A program made the translations under genes and the position numbers. Below, one piece after another: positions 1 through 14,086 of a DNA stretch of 64,000 nucleotides (its first letter is position 1; the number at the start of each line of letters is the position of its first letter). The notes under the pieces are model-generated. The model did not search any database. It was not told where the DNA came from and saw only the letters and a list, made by a program, of their open reading frames with translations. This DNA comes from Ostrea edulis. Taxonomy: Eukaryota. The stretch covers positions 10,788,001-10,852,000 of the forward strand of contig NC_079166.1 in NCBI RefSeq assembly GCF_947568905.1, given 5' to 3'.

Positions 1-280
1 TAGTTACGATTGGATACCCCCCCCCCTCCCCCCTCCCCCCTCCCCCTCCGCTGCAGCCTTTAGCGCGCCATACAAGTCATTTCGTGGCACGTCACCATCG
101 TTATATATACAGGAGTGAAAAATTCCCAAAAAGGAACGTTAAACAACACATATACAGGAAGTTATTTTTAGACGATAATGATAAACTAAAAGATTTTAAA
201 ATAATCTTGTTTTGTGGACGAATATGGTCACGGTTTATCAAAGGGCTGCCGCGACATATGGAGAAACGTTGCTCCAATAT

Positions 281-411
281 TATAGTACATTATACCTCAA
301 ATCATCGAACAATTGACATGATATATAGTACATTATACCTCAAATCATCGAACAATTGACATGATATATAGTACATTATACCTCAAATCATCGAACAATT
401 GACATGATATA
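281..411. repeat. 43-bp tandem repeat, ~3 copies
   Basis: Unit tatagtacattatacctcaaatcatcgaacaattgacatgata starts at 281, 324 and 367. Confidence 0.95.
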
Positions 412-917
412 TTATACTATACCACATAATCATTTGAGAGCTTCATTGTGTATTATATACCATTCATTACGACATAAAACCTGTTGACATAGATGGTAAC
501 AGGACATCGGCTTTAATTCAGTCGCGATTTATTTTTTGGACAAATTATGTGTTGCGAACAATGTGAATGAAGAATAATCAATTAGTTTTAATCTAAATTC
601 CTTGAAAGTAGGAGAAAATGCTCGTTACAGAAAAAAAGGAAAAATCTCCCATTTTGCACTCCTTTTTTTTTTTTTTTTTTTTTGACTGCCACCATAATTA
701 TGAAAAGGTCGTCAGCATTATGATTGAAACTGGAAAAAATTGTAGCGGATAAGCAGATACCCAGCAACACGTAGCACAACGGTAGGTTGCACATCGTAAA
801 TCACGGACATTCTAAATCTACAGTGCATGAAAACCAAACGTATGGCAATAAAATGCAATTACAAATTATAAGGTACTGTTTGAATTGAGATGACATTATA
901 TTCAGTGACCGATTCAG

Positions 918-949
<32 letters not shown>

Positions 950-1187
950 GGTGACCGAAAATAAAAAGATATTTGATGGACAACACCAAAAGATTATACA
1001 TACAAACAACTGCATAAAGATAATCCAATATATGTTACTTGTTGTTGTTCATTGATTCTATTGTGTATAAAGTGTAGCTAGAATAACCAATAAGGAACCC
1101 CCAGCGTCCCAACCTATTGGGTCCCCTCTTAACGAAGTCTGGATCCGCTACTGATAGTTTTAAAGACCGAGAAAATAAGCACCGCCT

Positions 1188-2047
1188 TAATGGTGCAAAT
1201 GCGGGAGTGATTCACTCCTGCAACATTTTCGATCATACTAATCATTTGCGGACTTTATTAACTAAAATGATATTCTATGTTTCTCAGTCAATATATAAAT
1301 TTACAACCTGCAGCTTACGATTTGTGAGACTCTATTCTACCATTTTCAACAATTTCGATATATTCCAATTTCTCGATTCATATATTTGTGCGCCATGTTT
1401 GATGTATTGAAGTTTCAATTTCCGATTGTCAAGTTATTTACATATGCTATATAAGGTAGTATTCGCATCAATGGACAAGTACGGGGGAGAAAGCTATTCC
1501 GCCGGTATTAAAAAGGTTTAGATTTAATATCAAATTAGAACACGAACAGCTAGCAGAGTAAACGAACAGCAGAGTGTAAATTCTTTCTGCAACCATATGA
1601 CTTTCCTTTCTTTGTCAGAGTGGCTCGAGTAACTACATTTTCGCGCAGATTGTCAACGTTTAGGTTTTTCAGTAAATCCACCTACGAGATCTCGCGATAA
1701 CAAGCATGGCGAAGCAGACGCAATCGGAAATCCTCGAATGTCTCGCGCCCTCGACATAGATCTCATCTATGTCGAGTGCGCGAGACATTCGAGGAATTCC
1801 GATTGGGAGCAGACGAAGAATTTTGCATGCTGTACATGATGTTTAATGAAAAACACCTTTATTAGACATACCCAAGCACACAGTTGGTACTCCTTTTGAT
1901 GTAAGCAACATTTGGGACTAATACACGGAGCTTATTATCGGTTATTCATGAAATTATTTTGCACCATTACGGAGATCTTATGGAATTGTAGTCCTATCCC
2001 GAAAACGTCAGAATAAAAAAAATCGGACATGGCTACATCATTGCAGC
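1188..2047 (+). mobile_element. MITE copy lacking its left terminus, same family as 12443-13272
   Basis: Colinear with 12443-13272 from taatggtgcaaatgcgggagtg to ...cattgcagc-TA. It carries an extra 85-bp hairpin insert. Confidence 0.85.
1721..1805. mobile_element. 85-bp palindromic mini-element inserted in the MITE
   Basis: 41-bp arms with 2 mismatches and a 3-nt loop (ctc), flanked by direct repeat (gg/ga)agcagacg. Absent from the paralogous copy at ~13030. Confidence 0.8.
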
Positions 2048-2655
2048 TACGTCTGATCCTAAGCTGACAATGGCTTTCTCTGCGTGAAAGTTTTCAATAT
2101 TGCCTTAAACTATATCATCATGCACTATTTATATGATGTCTCACTCAAACGGATTAACACTGAAAGCTTCTCTTTGGGGAGTTGAACTTGGGTTAATTCC
2201 CTTAGGCCATCACGCACTGCGTGCATGACTATATTACACAGGACTTTGGTATTAGTCTGACTCTTGTTTTCGAGACTTTGCACGAGCGGTAGTCTGGTAA
2301 ATGTTGTAACCAGCAGAGGGCGCTAAACCAAAATGGCGACTACCATGATATGGAGGTACCTATTCACATCCTCGTTTTGTTTGAAATAACGTTAGTCGTA
2401 CAATTTATGTCCCAGAAAACTTTTTTCAAACAATATAATCCTATAATCAAAAGCTGAAATTTAAAACAAAGAGAGCTTATTTCAAACTATGAGTGCTATA
2501 TAAAGAAATACATATTTTCGTTTTACAAAATAATAAGCATCAGGGTTTTTCTGAATTAGAATATTGGTAAACGAGCATCGCATGCTAGGCACTATATGGA
2601 TGTGTTAATTGCTCGGGGTTGAAAATTAAAATATACACCCAAACACGCCAGGATC

Positions 2656-2803
2656 NNNNNNNNNNNNNNNNNNNNNNNNNNNNNNNNNNNNNNNNNNNNN
2701 NNNNNNNNNNNNNNNNNNNNNNNNNNNNNNNNNNNNNNNNNNNNNNNNNNNNNNNNNNNNNNNNNNNNNNNNNNNNNNNNNNNNNNNNNNNNNNNNNNNN
2801 NNN
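2656..2803. other. Assembly gap (N run)
   Basis: 148 Ns. Confidence 1.
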
Positions 2804-2819
2804 AGCCAAATTAATCCTT

Positions 2820-3200
2820 TGCAAGGGTGAGGCCTGGCTGTCCTGTCGAGAACGAAGTTTGTTTGTCCATACTTGGCGATCCAGAGTGATTCTATTCAAT
2901 CCTGTAGACTCTAGGTCTTGTTTCACTAATTCATCCCATGTCAGCTTTAGTCTGCCTGGAGCTCGATATCCAGTGACATTCAATGTACTAACAGGTCTGT
3001 GATATCCAACCTGCACAGCGCTCAACATGGCCTAACCATCTCAGCCTACATGTCTGGATAACATCAGTGATGTTTCTGATGTTAAGCTGAGTAATAAGAG
3101 ACTCAAGGTGACCTTCACTTCGGGATTGACAAGGCAGATCCATCTTATCATGGCTTTGTCTTTGCGTATTAGTTTCCTGAGAGTGACGGTTGTTAATGCT
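2820..3200 (-). mobile_element. Degenerate 3' fragment of an RTE-clade non-LTR retrotransposon
   Basis: Two frames give RLRWLGHVER and PGRLKLTWDELVKQDL...DRQVW, typical of the RTE ORF C-terminus. Frameshifted. Confidence 0.75.
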
Positions 3201-5999
3201 CGTGTTTCGTAACCAAATGAATATACATTTGTATAAATTCATTGAACCAGAATCTCTGCAGATAGTAAGTAAATGAATACATAGATTCATTGAACCAATA
3301 TTAACTGTGCAAATTTAGTGAAAATAAATAATACCATTATTGAATCTAAAGCGGAATTACTGAAATACTTTGATATATATACAGTAACTTTTTTCTCCCC
3401 TGAATGTTTGAAAAAAGTTCAACTCCCAGGAGTACATCCTGTACTATGATTTAAACTCATTGTGCGCATGAAAACCAATAGCTTTCCATGTTCGATTGAT
3501 TTCGTAATATTAAACTATAATTCCTGTTAGTGCGGTAACTAGGGGTATTGATATACTCCATCGAAAGTCTTATCAAATCTAACATTTACGCTGAAAACGT
3601 TAACGGTGCACTTAAACCATGAATTAGTCTGAACAATTCTGAGTGGTTGACTCGGGAGAATTGTGTAGAGGCCTTGATACTTGCTACATGCAGATTGAAT
3701 CGACTTTAATTAAACTTGATTGAGATATTTACGTAAGCTATGATGAAAGTGAAGAGAAGACCTTTAAATACAGATTTATTATGCAGGTAGCGGCTGTTGA
3801 CTTGATACATCACTTTAAATTGTGATTCGTGCTGAAATGTCCCACAGACTGCCTTTGAATTGTGTTCAGTTTTTCTTCTTGTTTTCGTAACATGCGTCAC
3901 TAAACTTATTTTGTTGCTAATTACAAATAGTATATAAAAGAACATAGACCACGGATCCCCTTGATTAAATCTTGATTTTCCCCAATATAGATATTGCATG
4001 TATTTATCTTTAAATGGTAAATACAGGATTTGTCTCGTATATCTTCAACTGAATTTTGGTAACGATACAAAAATCAGATTAATTCTAGATTAATGGAAGT
4101 GTCCTATTCCTGTAGTGTTCATCTGCATGTAGTTTGTCAGGAGAAAAATCTTAAAAACGTAGCGGCTACAAATCATTAGAGAAGGAAACACGAGTTTAGG
4201 TCGATATCGATGTGTAGGTTCCAATAACTGTTTTCTCTAACCTGACTAAATATTTTCCGGATTTTAATTCTAACATGAAAACATGAAAGGAATTATGCAC
4301 CTTTAAAACAAGTCACGGTGGCATTATTGATGAAATACATTTAAACAACGGAAGAACAAATGCCAATATTTTTGAAACATTTAGTGATCAAATCTTAAAT
4401 TACAATTAACACTATACGGCAACAAAGCGCTACTCCTAACGACCTTTTTTGTTGATGAATAATATTGATTCGATGTATTAGATCCACGCGCGTTTAGCTC
4501 TTGGTCCAATGTTATCAAACGCGTAAGTTCTTTTAACTTATAGGACTAAAAACCTTTGTATTGACACTTAAGTCGAATTCCAGATCACGTGAGCTGTTGT
4601 CTAAGTACTCTCTGTCTTGCTGACCATAGAAACTTCCGCAACCTATCAAATATTGCTTCCGTTTTTTATTGTTGTTTTTATTTGTTAGTTTTTTTTTCGG
4701 GGGTGGGGGTGGGGGTTGTTTTTGTTTGGGGGGTGTTTATTTTTTTTTTTTGGGGGGTATGCTTGTTTGTTTTTTCTTTTGTAAATTACATTTACGTTTG
4801 AAAATCGGAGCACATATATAATATTCCATTTAATCGTTCCCTCCTCATGCATGTTGATAATAATTTGATTAATCTGGTAAGATTTTAATTGGTCTGTCAA
4901 TGCATCTTTGAAACAATACATTATAGTTATTATAGTCAATATACTCCGGAGAAATGATAGTCTTTAGAGGATTTCTTATAATGTCCGTACCAATAATTAC
5001 AGGACTAGTGTCATCAGTCACCATCAGATACATGGACTGAGTTTCCGCTTTTTCCCCTCATGCCTTTTCCTGGATTATTTGTTCAAATACTCGTGACAGG
5101 TGTGTTAATAATTACAAGCACACGTATGTATATAACGAAATTATAATTAAAACATTCACGTGACAGATTCTGCATCTAATATGTCATGAAATTCAAATTC
5201 TTTTTGTGGGGTTAGGTTCAAAGAGTGTAATGACGGGTGGAATTTCACTCGGTGTGAAAATTTCTATGACCAATCATTTCTATGTGTCTTATAGTTAAAT
5301 ATTTCATATATTTTTCTTTCTTGTTACTTGAGAGTCGTAACAACAAGGAGGAAATCCTCCTTTGGTCAACAAATAATGACATTGCAAACAAAACTGTTGG
5401 ATTTAGATGTCACCTGTTGATCTAACAGAGAGAGGAGAGAAAGTGACAAGGGCATGGGGTCACATGATATTTCTACAAGATCACAGACTTAAATAAACAT
5501 CATAAACAATTGTTATCGTTTTATGCTCTGCCCTTTGTAGTTTATTCTCACGAGTTTCAATTCTGTAAGAAACGGGTTCTTGAATAAGTCTCCACAATGT
5601 TTTATTCCGAGTAAAAGCTATCGTACGAAGAATCTTGTGCTATATTAACGAACTCATTTGTTTATATTTTGTAATTATGCTTCTGAATAACACCCCCGAC
5701 AATACCATTGTAGACAAACGCACCTTCGTAGGTAAAATGGTTTAAATAGCTATGTGTATTATCAGATAATAAGCGGCGAGGTCATTCGTGATCTCGTCCG
5801 GGTAACAACAATTACTGGCTTGGCGATATTCAGGTAAAATTTTCCTCTGCGAATGGAAATATGTACGTATTGCTTTCAATTTCATGAAGGTAAGCTTTTT
5901 GTAAAGATTTATGAAATTTATATTACCATTTTTCATAAAATAGCGTTTATTACATATTATATACTACATGTAGGCCTATATGCTGAATTTTGAAGAGCA

Positions 6000-6141
6000 N
6001 NNNNNNNNNNNNNNNNNNNNNNNNNNNNNNNNNNNNNNNNNNNNNNNNNNNNNNNNNNNNNNNNNNNNNNNNNNNNNNNNNNNNNNNNNNNNNNNNNNNN
6101 NNNNNNNNNNNNNNNNNNNNNNNNNNNNNNNNNNNNNNNNN
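6000..6141. other. Assembly gap (N run)
   Basis: 142 Ns. Confidence 1.
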
Positions 6142-9100
6142 ACAGATATAGTAAAATAATCAAGGGTTTATCATATAAAACAATTTTGGTGTACTTTTCG
6201 TATAAGTAACAAACAAATACAGACCACAAATTCGGGTGTATACTATTAGACATGTCATAATCAAAGTAGAAAATTTGAACTGACGGGCTTTCGCTCTTCA
6301 GAAAGCCCGTCTTTATTGCTCATTAAGTAGACTTTCATATCGTACCATGTATGTAAACCACTTTGTTTAATTTTAATTTCACCTGACAGGAGAAATATCG
6401 AGTAGCCTTTAAAAATTTAAAATTGCGCTGGTCAGATATCCTTAGGCTGTATCATAATTTTTCAATTTCTTATAAGATAATCCCTTAGAAATCTAAAAGT
6501 ATTTAGATTACCTGTCTATGTGGTATACATGCAAAACAAAATGATTTTGGCGATGGTCTGCATGCTGATCTAGATAATTTTGTGTGGGTAGGAAATGCTT
6601 AGGGGGGTGCAAAATGCCTAAGGGGATAAGTTTTCCAACTTAATTTGGCATACTTATCCAAGAATGTGGCGGAAAGAATTTGGTATAGCATTTTTTCAAC
6701 AAATCACCATTAACCAATATGAAACGGTGTGGATTTAATAAAATAACCTACCCACATTTCTAATGTTTTTGTACGTTAAGTGTTTGGCAATGGGGGCGAT
6801 ATTGCACAACAAAATAAATCGATTGAACAAAGTTTGATATCATATATATACATGGTATATTTATATGATATAAGAGAAGTAAGTGTTTTTAGATTTATGA
6901 TACATATTTTTAGTATAAATCTGATCATCAGTCGAGTTAATGACTTGTCTTTAAAGGGGCATTAGCTTTGGAAGTGATAATAACCTTGTTTTTATTAAAA
7001 TCTTTCAATAGCATAGGGATATATATCAATTACTAATAAAATCATTTATTTTGCACAAAAAGCAAGAAAAACCTAATAAAACTACGTCAGATACCTGCTT
7101 TTAGTGTAGAGAAATAAATAAGAAAGAATTATTGTCTTGCAAGACAATAATTATTTAAATCAAAATTACATGTTCATATTGAATTCAATTTTTGGTGACA
7201 AAATGACAGCTGATTAATGTCCCTTTACACTGATTAATGTCCCTTTACACTAGTAATGCCCCTTTACATTGCTGAGAACGGCAATCATGATATACAATCC
7301 TATGTCAGAGAAATTGAAATCAATTTAACTTTTTCTTTACATTTGCGTTTTCTTTGTTCGTGATAATAGAACATGGAGGGTACGTTTAACTAACTGTATT
7401 TGATTGTGCGGGACAACACGGGATTTATACACAGTCTATCACTAAACATGCTTCATCACATTCGCATTTATATGTCCTGGCCGTTAATTAGATTTCGTTC
7501 AATATCTCCAATATATCGTACCCCGCCGAAAATAAATTGCTTTTTAAGAACCTCTAGTATATGAACCTATTGAAACTCCGGTGGGTATATATAGAAATCC
7601 CGCCGTGTATCAGATTGAGGAATTAATGGACACATTATGCGAGTAAATCTTTAACAAAAGATCAATGATCGGGCATAGTCAATCGACTTCCATAGACTTT
7701 CGCTGCTCGGAATAAAAAATGTTTTGTGCAGTGCAAGATGTGCGACGAGACTACCCGCTAATAGAAAATCCATTAAGCTGTCGTGTAATTTTACCAGTAC
7801 CACCGTAAGCGAACGGTCGATTCTAAATTCAATGTGACATGGCGATTATCTGAATTTAGTGCTTTCTGAACTATGTGCTCTAAAATTGTGTAATTTATTT
7901 TTTATTCGTGGTCAATCTGTTATACGGGACTTCAACGTCACAATCCCTTCATCCACCTTTCTTTGATCATTAATCTTTTTAGCCGGGTTTAAAAGCTAGT
8001 GGTAATTTTTTGCAATCTTTAATTTTTAACTTTAGCGAAAGGAGGAAAAAGTCAGCTGGGACAGCTTGTATGCTGATAACTACATCCTGGATTTACTGTA
8101 AGTATCCAAGTACTATACATAATACTTATCAATCAGTATTTTAGTTTAGGTTTTTTTTTTAAGAACTGGGCGAATGTGATAGTATTGATAAAGTCAGTAC
8201 TATATGTAGTGGTAACTGTCATTTTTAAAATCAAATGTCACTCAATCAAACTTTTATGATTATGCTTTAAAAAGACATAATCATTGTACATAGGCCTACA
8301 GTATATCATATATCCAACCTATTATGTATATTTCTGCAGTGTGAAAACACTTGCGTCTAATTTCATTCCTCCCAAACTATTGACCTTAACTTTTTGTCTT
8401 ACTTTCACATTCTTTTAAACTGAATGTCGTTGCGTCTTGTATATTGATCTATCGTCGTTGTATTGACTCCCTATTCCTTTTATTTACCTAATTCTTTAAT
8501 GGCCAATTTCACAATTTTCATGTTGTCAGCAAGGACATAACTGAATCTTAGAAACAGCCAATAGGATGAATTCGAATACTTCATCAAATCACGCATATAT
8601 ATGTAGGATAATTTATTTTTTTTTTTTTTTTTTTTTTTTTTTGCGTGTTCAAAGAGCACCTTCGTTGCACACCAGTAGAGGGGTGGATTTCGGTGGTTGC
8701 AGTCCTCCTTTTTCGTTGAACATTTTCAACAAAATGGTAATATCTTTGTCATTTTAGAATCTTCATCACTCCATCCGTCTTTTTTTTTTTTGCGGAAGGG
8801 GGTGGGGGGTTACAAACTTGCATCACACCATCCCTCTTTTGAAATTCTCTGGATCCGCCACTGCATAGTACATTATTATTTCTTTCTACATGTATTTGAA
8901 CAATCAAGTATCCGCATTAACATGCAGATGTACATAGAACTAATTGTCACACTATAATACTAAATGTACTAATGATAATACTAAATGTACTAATGTACTA
9001 TAAGAGGAGGAATTATCTAATTTTAAACAATTGTCCCGATATTAAAGAATTTTTATAAGTACACTTGAACAGCGTATTATGGAATAGGAACTATAAATAC

Positions 9101-10034
9101 CAAACCTAGCCTGCTAATAAATCCGTAATAATTATTTATTTTATTCAAACTATTAATCTGCTTTAAAGCTTATTAGAACGTCAGTGATGTTTTTTATTTG
9201 CATTGCAAAATGTATACAGTCAATCGAAGGTGAAAATTGACATGTAAGTATAGCTATTTATTTTTATTAGGTGCATAACATTGTTCTATTTATCTGATAT
9301 AATTGAAAGTGTCACATTTATATCATATTGGTATAAAAAAAAAAACAAAAAAAAAAACGCACAGCCACCACTTAAACCCGACCTATAAGGTATATTTTCA
9401 TGGCTATGTACAACTTATCGAGAACCATTGATTGTATTTCGTATCCTCTGTTCATATTTAAAAGAACAATTATGCCAGATGTACGAGGAGATGTAAATGA
9501 ACTGTTTTAAAGAGATCTTTTATTACTCTATCATATAAATTTTAACCCTGCAAACAACTTTTCTGAAAGCACATTTGGGGAATATAACAAAACCCGTTGT
9601 GATTTAAAAGCCCTCTGTATAAGCAGTAGTAGTTTTGGCATTGTTTTCGGTGTTGACATGTTTACAGTGGGTTTCATAAGGACCTTTTATTCCTACAGTC
9701 AATACACAGTAGTTCCCCTCCCCGTCACAGAGATCACCTTACACACTATCCTTTCTCTGCCATTGTTTGGGGTCACGTCCCTCGTTCTCCGTCAGGTCGC
9801 TCTCTGGTTCTCCAAATATTTCAATTACCACATCTGTCTAGTGGTCTTTAGAAGATTTTGACGTCCATTCTAGGTTTAAAGACGATATCAAGTTGATTTC
9901 ATTAGATAACTCCCGTGTGATATTGCTAATTTCTTATCTCTGAGTCGATTGTCTCACAAAGGATCAACTTGTGCTTATTAAATCAATCGCCTTCTTCTAT
10001 TTTCTCGTGGATATTATTCCTACATAGATCGAAG

Positions 10035-10040
<6 letters not shown>

Positions 10041-10088
<48 letters not shown>
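10041..10088. repeat. (TC)n microsatellite just after a strong donor (AAG|GTAAGC at 10034/10035)
   Basis: Direct observation. Confidence 0.95.
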
Positions 10089-10090
<2 letters not shown>

Positions 10091-11058
10091 AAAATAATAA
10101 TAATGAATGCAAATACTCTGTCCATTACATTGTTTCCTTAAAAAAACAATTGTACAGGTGAATAAACAAATATCTTACATACAATATAATACTTATTCAC
10201 TATCATTGTTTGATTAGCACTCTAAATGTTTACTCGCCTCTACTGATCACTGAATTTCATGGAAGGATTACTCGTTTTGTGATATATAAGAGTATACTTA
10301 TGTCTATGGGTTCTTGTAAGGAACGTGCAAGTAAAAATAAGCTGACTACTGATACCATCTTTAAACTTGAAGTTAGAGATGTACATACAAGTTTTACAAA
10401 TACTGTTTTCAAATCATGTATCAGTGTAAAAAAAAAATTATAACACCCCCTCCCCCAATAAAAAGAACAAGAAACTTGATGTTTGCTACAAAATAATAAC
10501 TCTGAATGTAAAATGCACAATTAGTTAAATGGTTTTTCCATAAAATAAAAATAAAACAACCATAATACCACATTACAGAAAATCACGATCACAGGGAATC
10601 TGCAGTGGTGGAAGTAGTGCGATATTTATAACTGTTTTCTGAGAATGCACAGGAAGCGCCTAATTCGTTTTCCGATAATCATCCAACATCATCCACTCGA
10701 TACCGAAGGCTCTTTTTGTGGATTTTAGCTTTGATTTTTTTCCACATGCGTGAATGCAGTATACGTACTGTGTATCTATTTATCTATTGGTTTTTATCAT
10801 TCGTGAGGTGTCCATCTTTTTGTTGTTCCTGCTGTCAATATAGCGATGTGAACTTATTAGTCAAGGGTGTACTAAATTCCTCTCGCTGTATCGTGTTCAG
10901 AAGTGTGTTTATCATTTGTTAATAATTCCGTACCTTCTCATTCTTTACAGACTCGAGTACCTGGACACTATTTGTTTTGCTGTTAAAGATCGGAGACTGC
11001 AAGCTTAAAACCAAATTTGAGCGGATAATGTTCATAAACCAACAACTGAATCCAAGGC

Positions 11059-12247
11059 ATGAAGAGTGACCAATTAAGACGGAAAACAAAAGGCATAGGC
11101 AAGATTAAAGTCCGCGACGAGCGGAAATATGGCAGAAACAAGAGAAAGGAAAATGGTCAGCAGGTATTCGTGAATAAGGACGGCAGTCATGATAGTGACG
11201 TCGAGTGTTACGATGATGACGAAGACGGGGAAGATGCATTAAAAATTAAAGAAGGCGATTTGCAAGAAAACCGCGTGGTCACAAAAGCACTACAGCACAT
11301 CAATATACCTCATGGAATTCTATGCAGCGAGTGTGCCAAAATTGGAGTGTATGACAAGAACATGTATGACGTAACACGCAATACTAGCGAGCAGACGACT
11401 AGAGATAGTGATAGTCGAGAAAGGTGCTCTATTTGTCAAACTTTGGGAACTAAGGTCGATCCTCAAGAAAACATCCGAATGGCTGTGCTTTACTCTCATG
11501 AGTTTTACGACAAGTATTCGCGGGACAAACGTCCGGGAGTTTCAGATTCAGGCGAGTCCACAACTAGGGAGAATTCGATTGTAAAACTTGAATCCTCTAA
11601 AAAACAATCAGAAGACAAAATTGTTGAACGATTGGAAAAGGAAAAGTCGTTTGATCGGACAGAACCCAACAAGTCATACAAGCGATCGGGTGTGAACGGT
11701 ATAAAAACATCTGGATATCAACAAAACAAAACGGGGTACATCTTATCGGAGAATCCCAAATTTGAAGGAATCCTGGCAGGTAAAGGTGAAATTATAGCAA
11801 AAGAACACGGAACACAAAGAGTAGAGGAGAACTCAAGTGAAAACAAAACAATACAAAGATCTGCACGGAATAGAAAGTGCAATACGAAAACAGGGGAAAA
11901 GGATCAAATTCATGAGAGTACATCAGGTACGTCACTTCCGGATATAGTCAGTAGAATTTCATTGGTGGATTCCGAGGAGTGTACATCCGTGGATACAGTT
12001 GACATCGATATAAAAAGAAAACTTCCTGAAGAAAATTCTGTAAAACAGAAATCGCCATTAACAAGTTTCCCCAAAGCCAAGAAGTTTCCGAAAAGCGCAG
12101 ACTCCCCTCGATCTTTCATTCTTGCGGCCACCAGAAGACAGGCGAATGGTTTTTCGAGTTTATACATGAAACGTGCATTGAAAGGGAGCAATGTTCGAAA
12201 AGATACGTGGAATAAGATAGGAGAAAACGAACACCATCATCGTCAAG
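11059..12247 (+). CDS. Uncharacterised K/S/E-rich protein, main coding exon (396 codons + 1 nt)
   Basis: Long ORF. Acceptor ttctttacag| at 10950, in-frame stop before ATG 11059, donor CAAG|GTAAAA at 12247 (phase 1). Contains two CxxC pairs. Confidence 0.7.
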
Positions 12248-12442
12248 GTAAAAATAAAATTATATAATTCTAAATTCTACTACGAAATGAGTTTCATATA
12301 TTTTATTAAAAGATCTAATAAAAATGTTTAACCTTAACTCTATCACGGTTATTGCAAAGATCAAAGCAATGCCGCGGTCATTATTCTGCGATATACTCTC
12401 AAACATAATAACTGATAGTGATTATAAGAACATTGTTACCTA

Positions 12443-13272
12443 GCTGCAATAATGTAGCCCTCTCTGATTTTTTTTTTATTTTTTTTTTTTTAGGGAGAGG
12501 GCTACAACTCCTTAGGATCTCCGTAATGGTGCAAATGCGGGAGTGATTCACTCCCGCAACATTTGCGCTCATTCTAAACATTTCCTGACTTTCTTTACGT
12601 AAATAAAATGATATTCTATGTTTCTTAGTCAATATATAAATTTACAACCTACAACTTTAGATTTGTGAGGCTCTATTCTACCGTTTTCAACAATTTCGAT
12701 AAATCCCAGTTTCTCGATTCATATTTGTGCGCCATGTTTGATGTACTGAAGTTTCAACTTCCGGTTGTCAAGTCATTTGCATATGCCATATAAGGTGGTA
12801 TTTACATCAATGGACAAGTATGGAGGCGAAAGCTATTTCGTCGGTATTGAGAAGGTTTGAATTTAATATCAAGTTAAAAACCGAACAGCAGAGTGTAAAT
12901 TCTTTCTGCAACAATATGATTTTCCTTCCTTTGTCGAAGTGGCTCGAATAACTACATTTTCGCGCTGATTGTCAATGTTTAGGCTTTTCATTAGATCCAC
13001 CTACGAGATCTCGCGATAACAAGCATGGCGGAGCAGACGAAGAATTTTGCATGCTGTACATTATATTTAATGAAAAACACCTTTATTAGACATGCCCGAG
13101 CACAAAGTTGGTACTCCTTTTGGTATAAACAACATTTGGGACTAATACACAGAGTTTATTATCGGTTGTTCATAAAATTATTTTGCACCATTACGGAGAT
13201 CCTATGGAATTGTAGCCCTATCCCGAAAACGTCAGAATAAAAAAAAATTGGATTGGGCTACATTATTGCAGC
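12443..13272 (+). mobile_element. Full-length 830-bp MITE with ~100-bp imperfect TIRs, flanked by TA
   Basis: GCTGCAATAATGTAGCCC...GGGCTACATTATTGCAGC, with inner TIR GGGCTACAAYTCCWTAGGATCTCCGTAATGGTGCAAA. TA on both sides. Confidence 0.85.
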
Positions 13273-14038
13273 TAATTGTTACCCATCTTGTTTGTACACT
13301 TCGTGTTTTGCTAAATGAATACAACAATAAAGTCTTTAACTGATAATTCAATTTTATAATCATAAAAATAATCGATACATGTTGCAAAACAGTTATAAAA
13401 GACTGAAAAAGATTTGCCATTCAGTATAAATCAATCGTCTGCATTCCAAGATCAACAGTGTTAACAAACATGTCGTTTTCTTGGACTATGTATCCAAAGC
13501 ATTTGATATAATCAGTCTACATAAAACTGAATACTTTAAATATTTTACAAAATAGATCTAGTATGCCCTATCATCTCACCTTTAACTAGCAATGAACATG
13601 AAGGTCTAGTCCGTTTCGGAAACTGTCATGGCGTCATTCGTAGCTACGTACGCAAATGATCGGCTGTATATTTCCGAGCCGTAGTAGAATAGAAATGAAG
13701 TTCTTGTTTTCTCGTATATTGCAGGATAACCTCCTCGGTCTCAAAATGTTATAATATAAAAGCCTCGGTTTTCAAGAATCTTGATAAATATAGTACGTCT
13801 ATTGTAGCGGCTGAGAATTCCGACAGACTTGAAAAATTAATACAATGTAAATCCTTTTTGAAAATGCACGAGGTTATGAACTGCAGCGCTTCACGCTGGT
13901 ATTTTTTTCATGAATTATGCTGACGTAAAGCGTCACAGATCACGCCTTCGTGTATTCTCAAAATGAAATTTAATTTTTAATTGAATGCAGTGACACAAAT
14001 GTGAGAAATTAAATACGGATACTTTTATGAACATTCCA

Positions 14039-14040
<2 letters not shown>

Positions 14041-14086
<46 letters not shown>

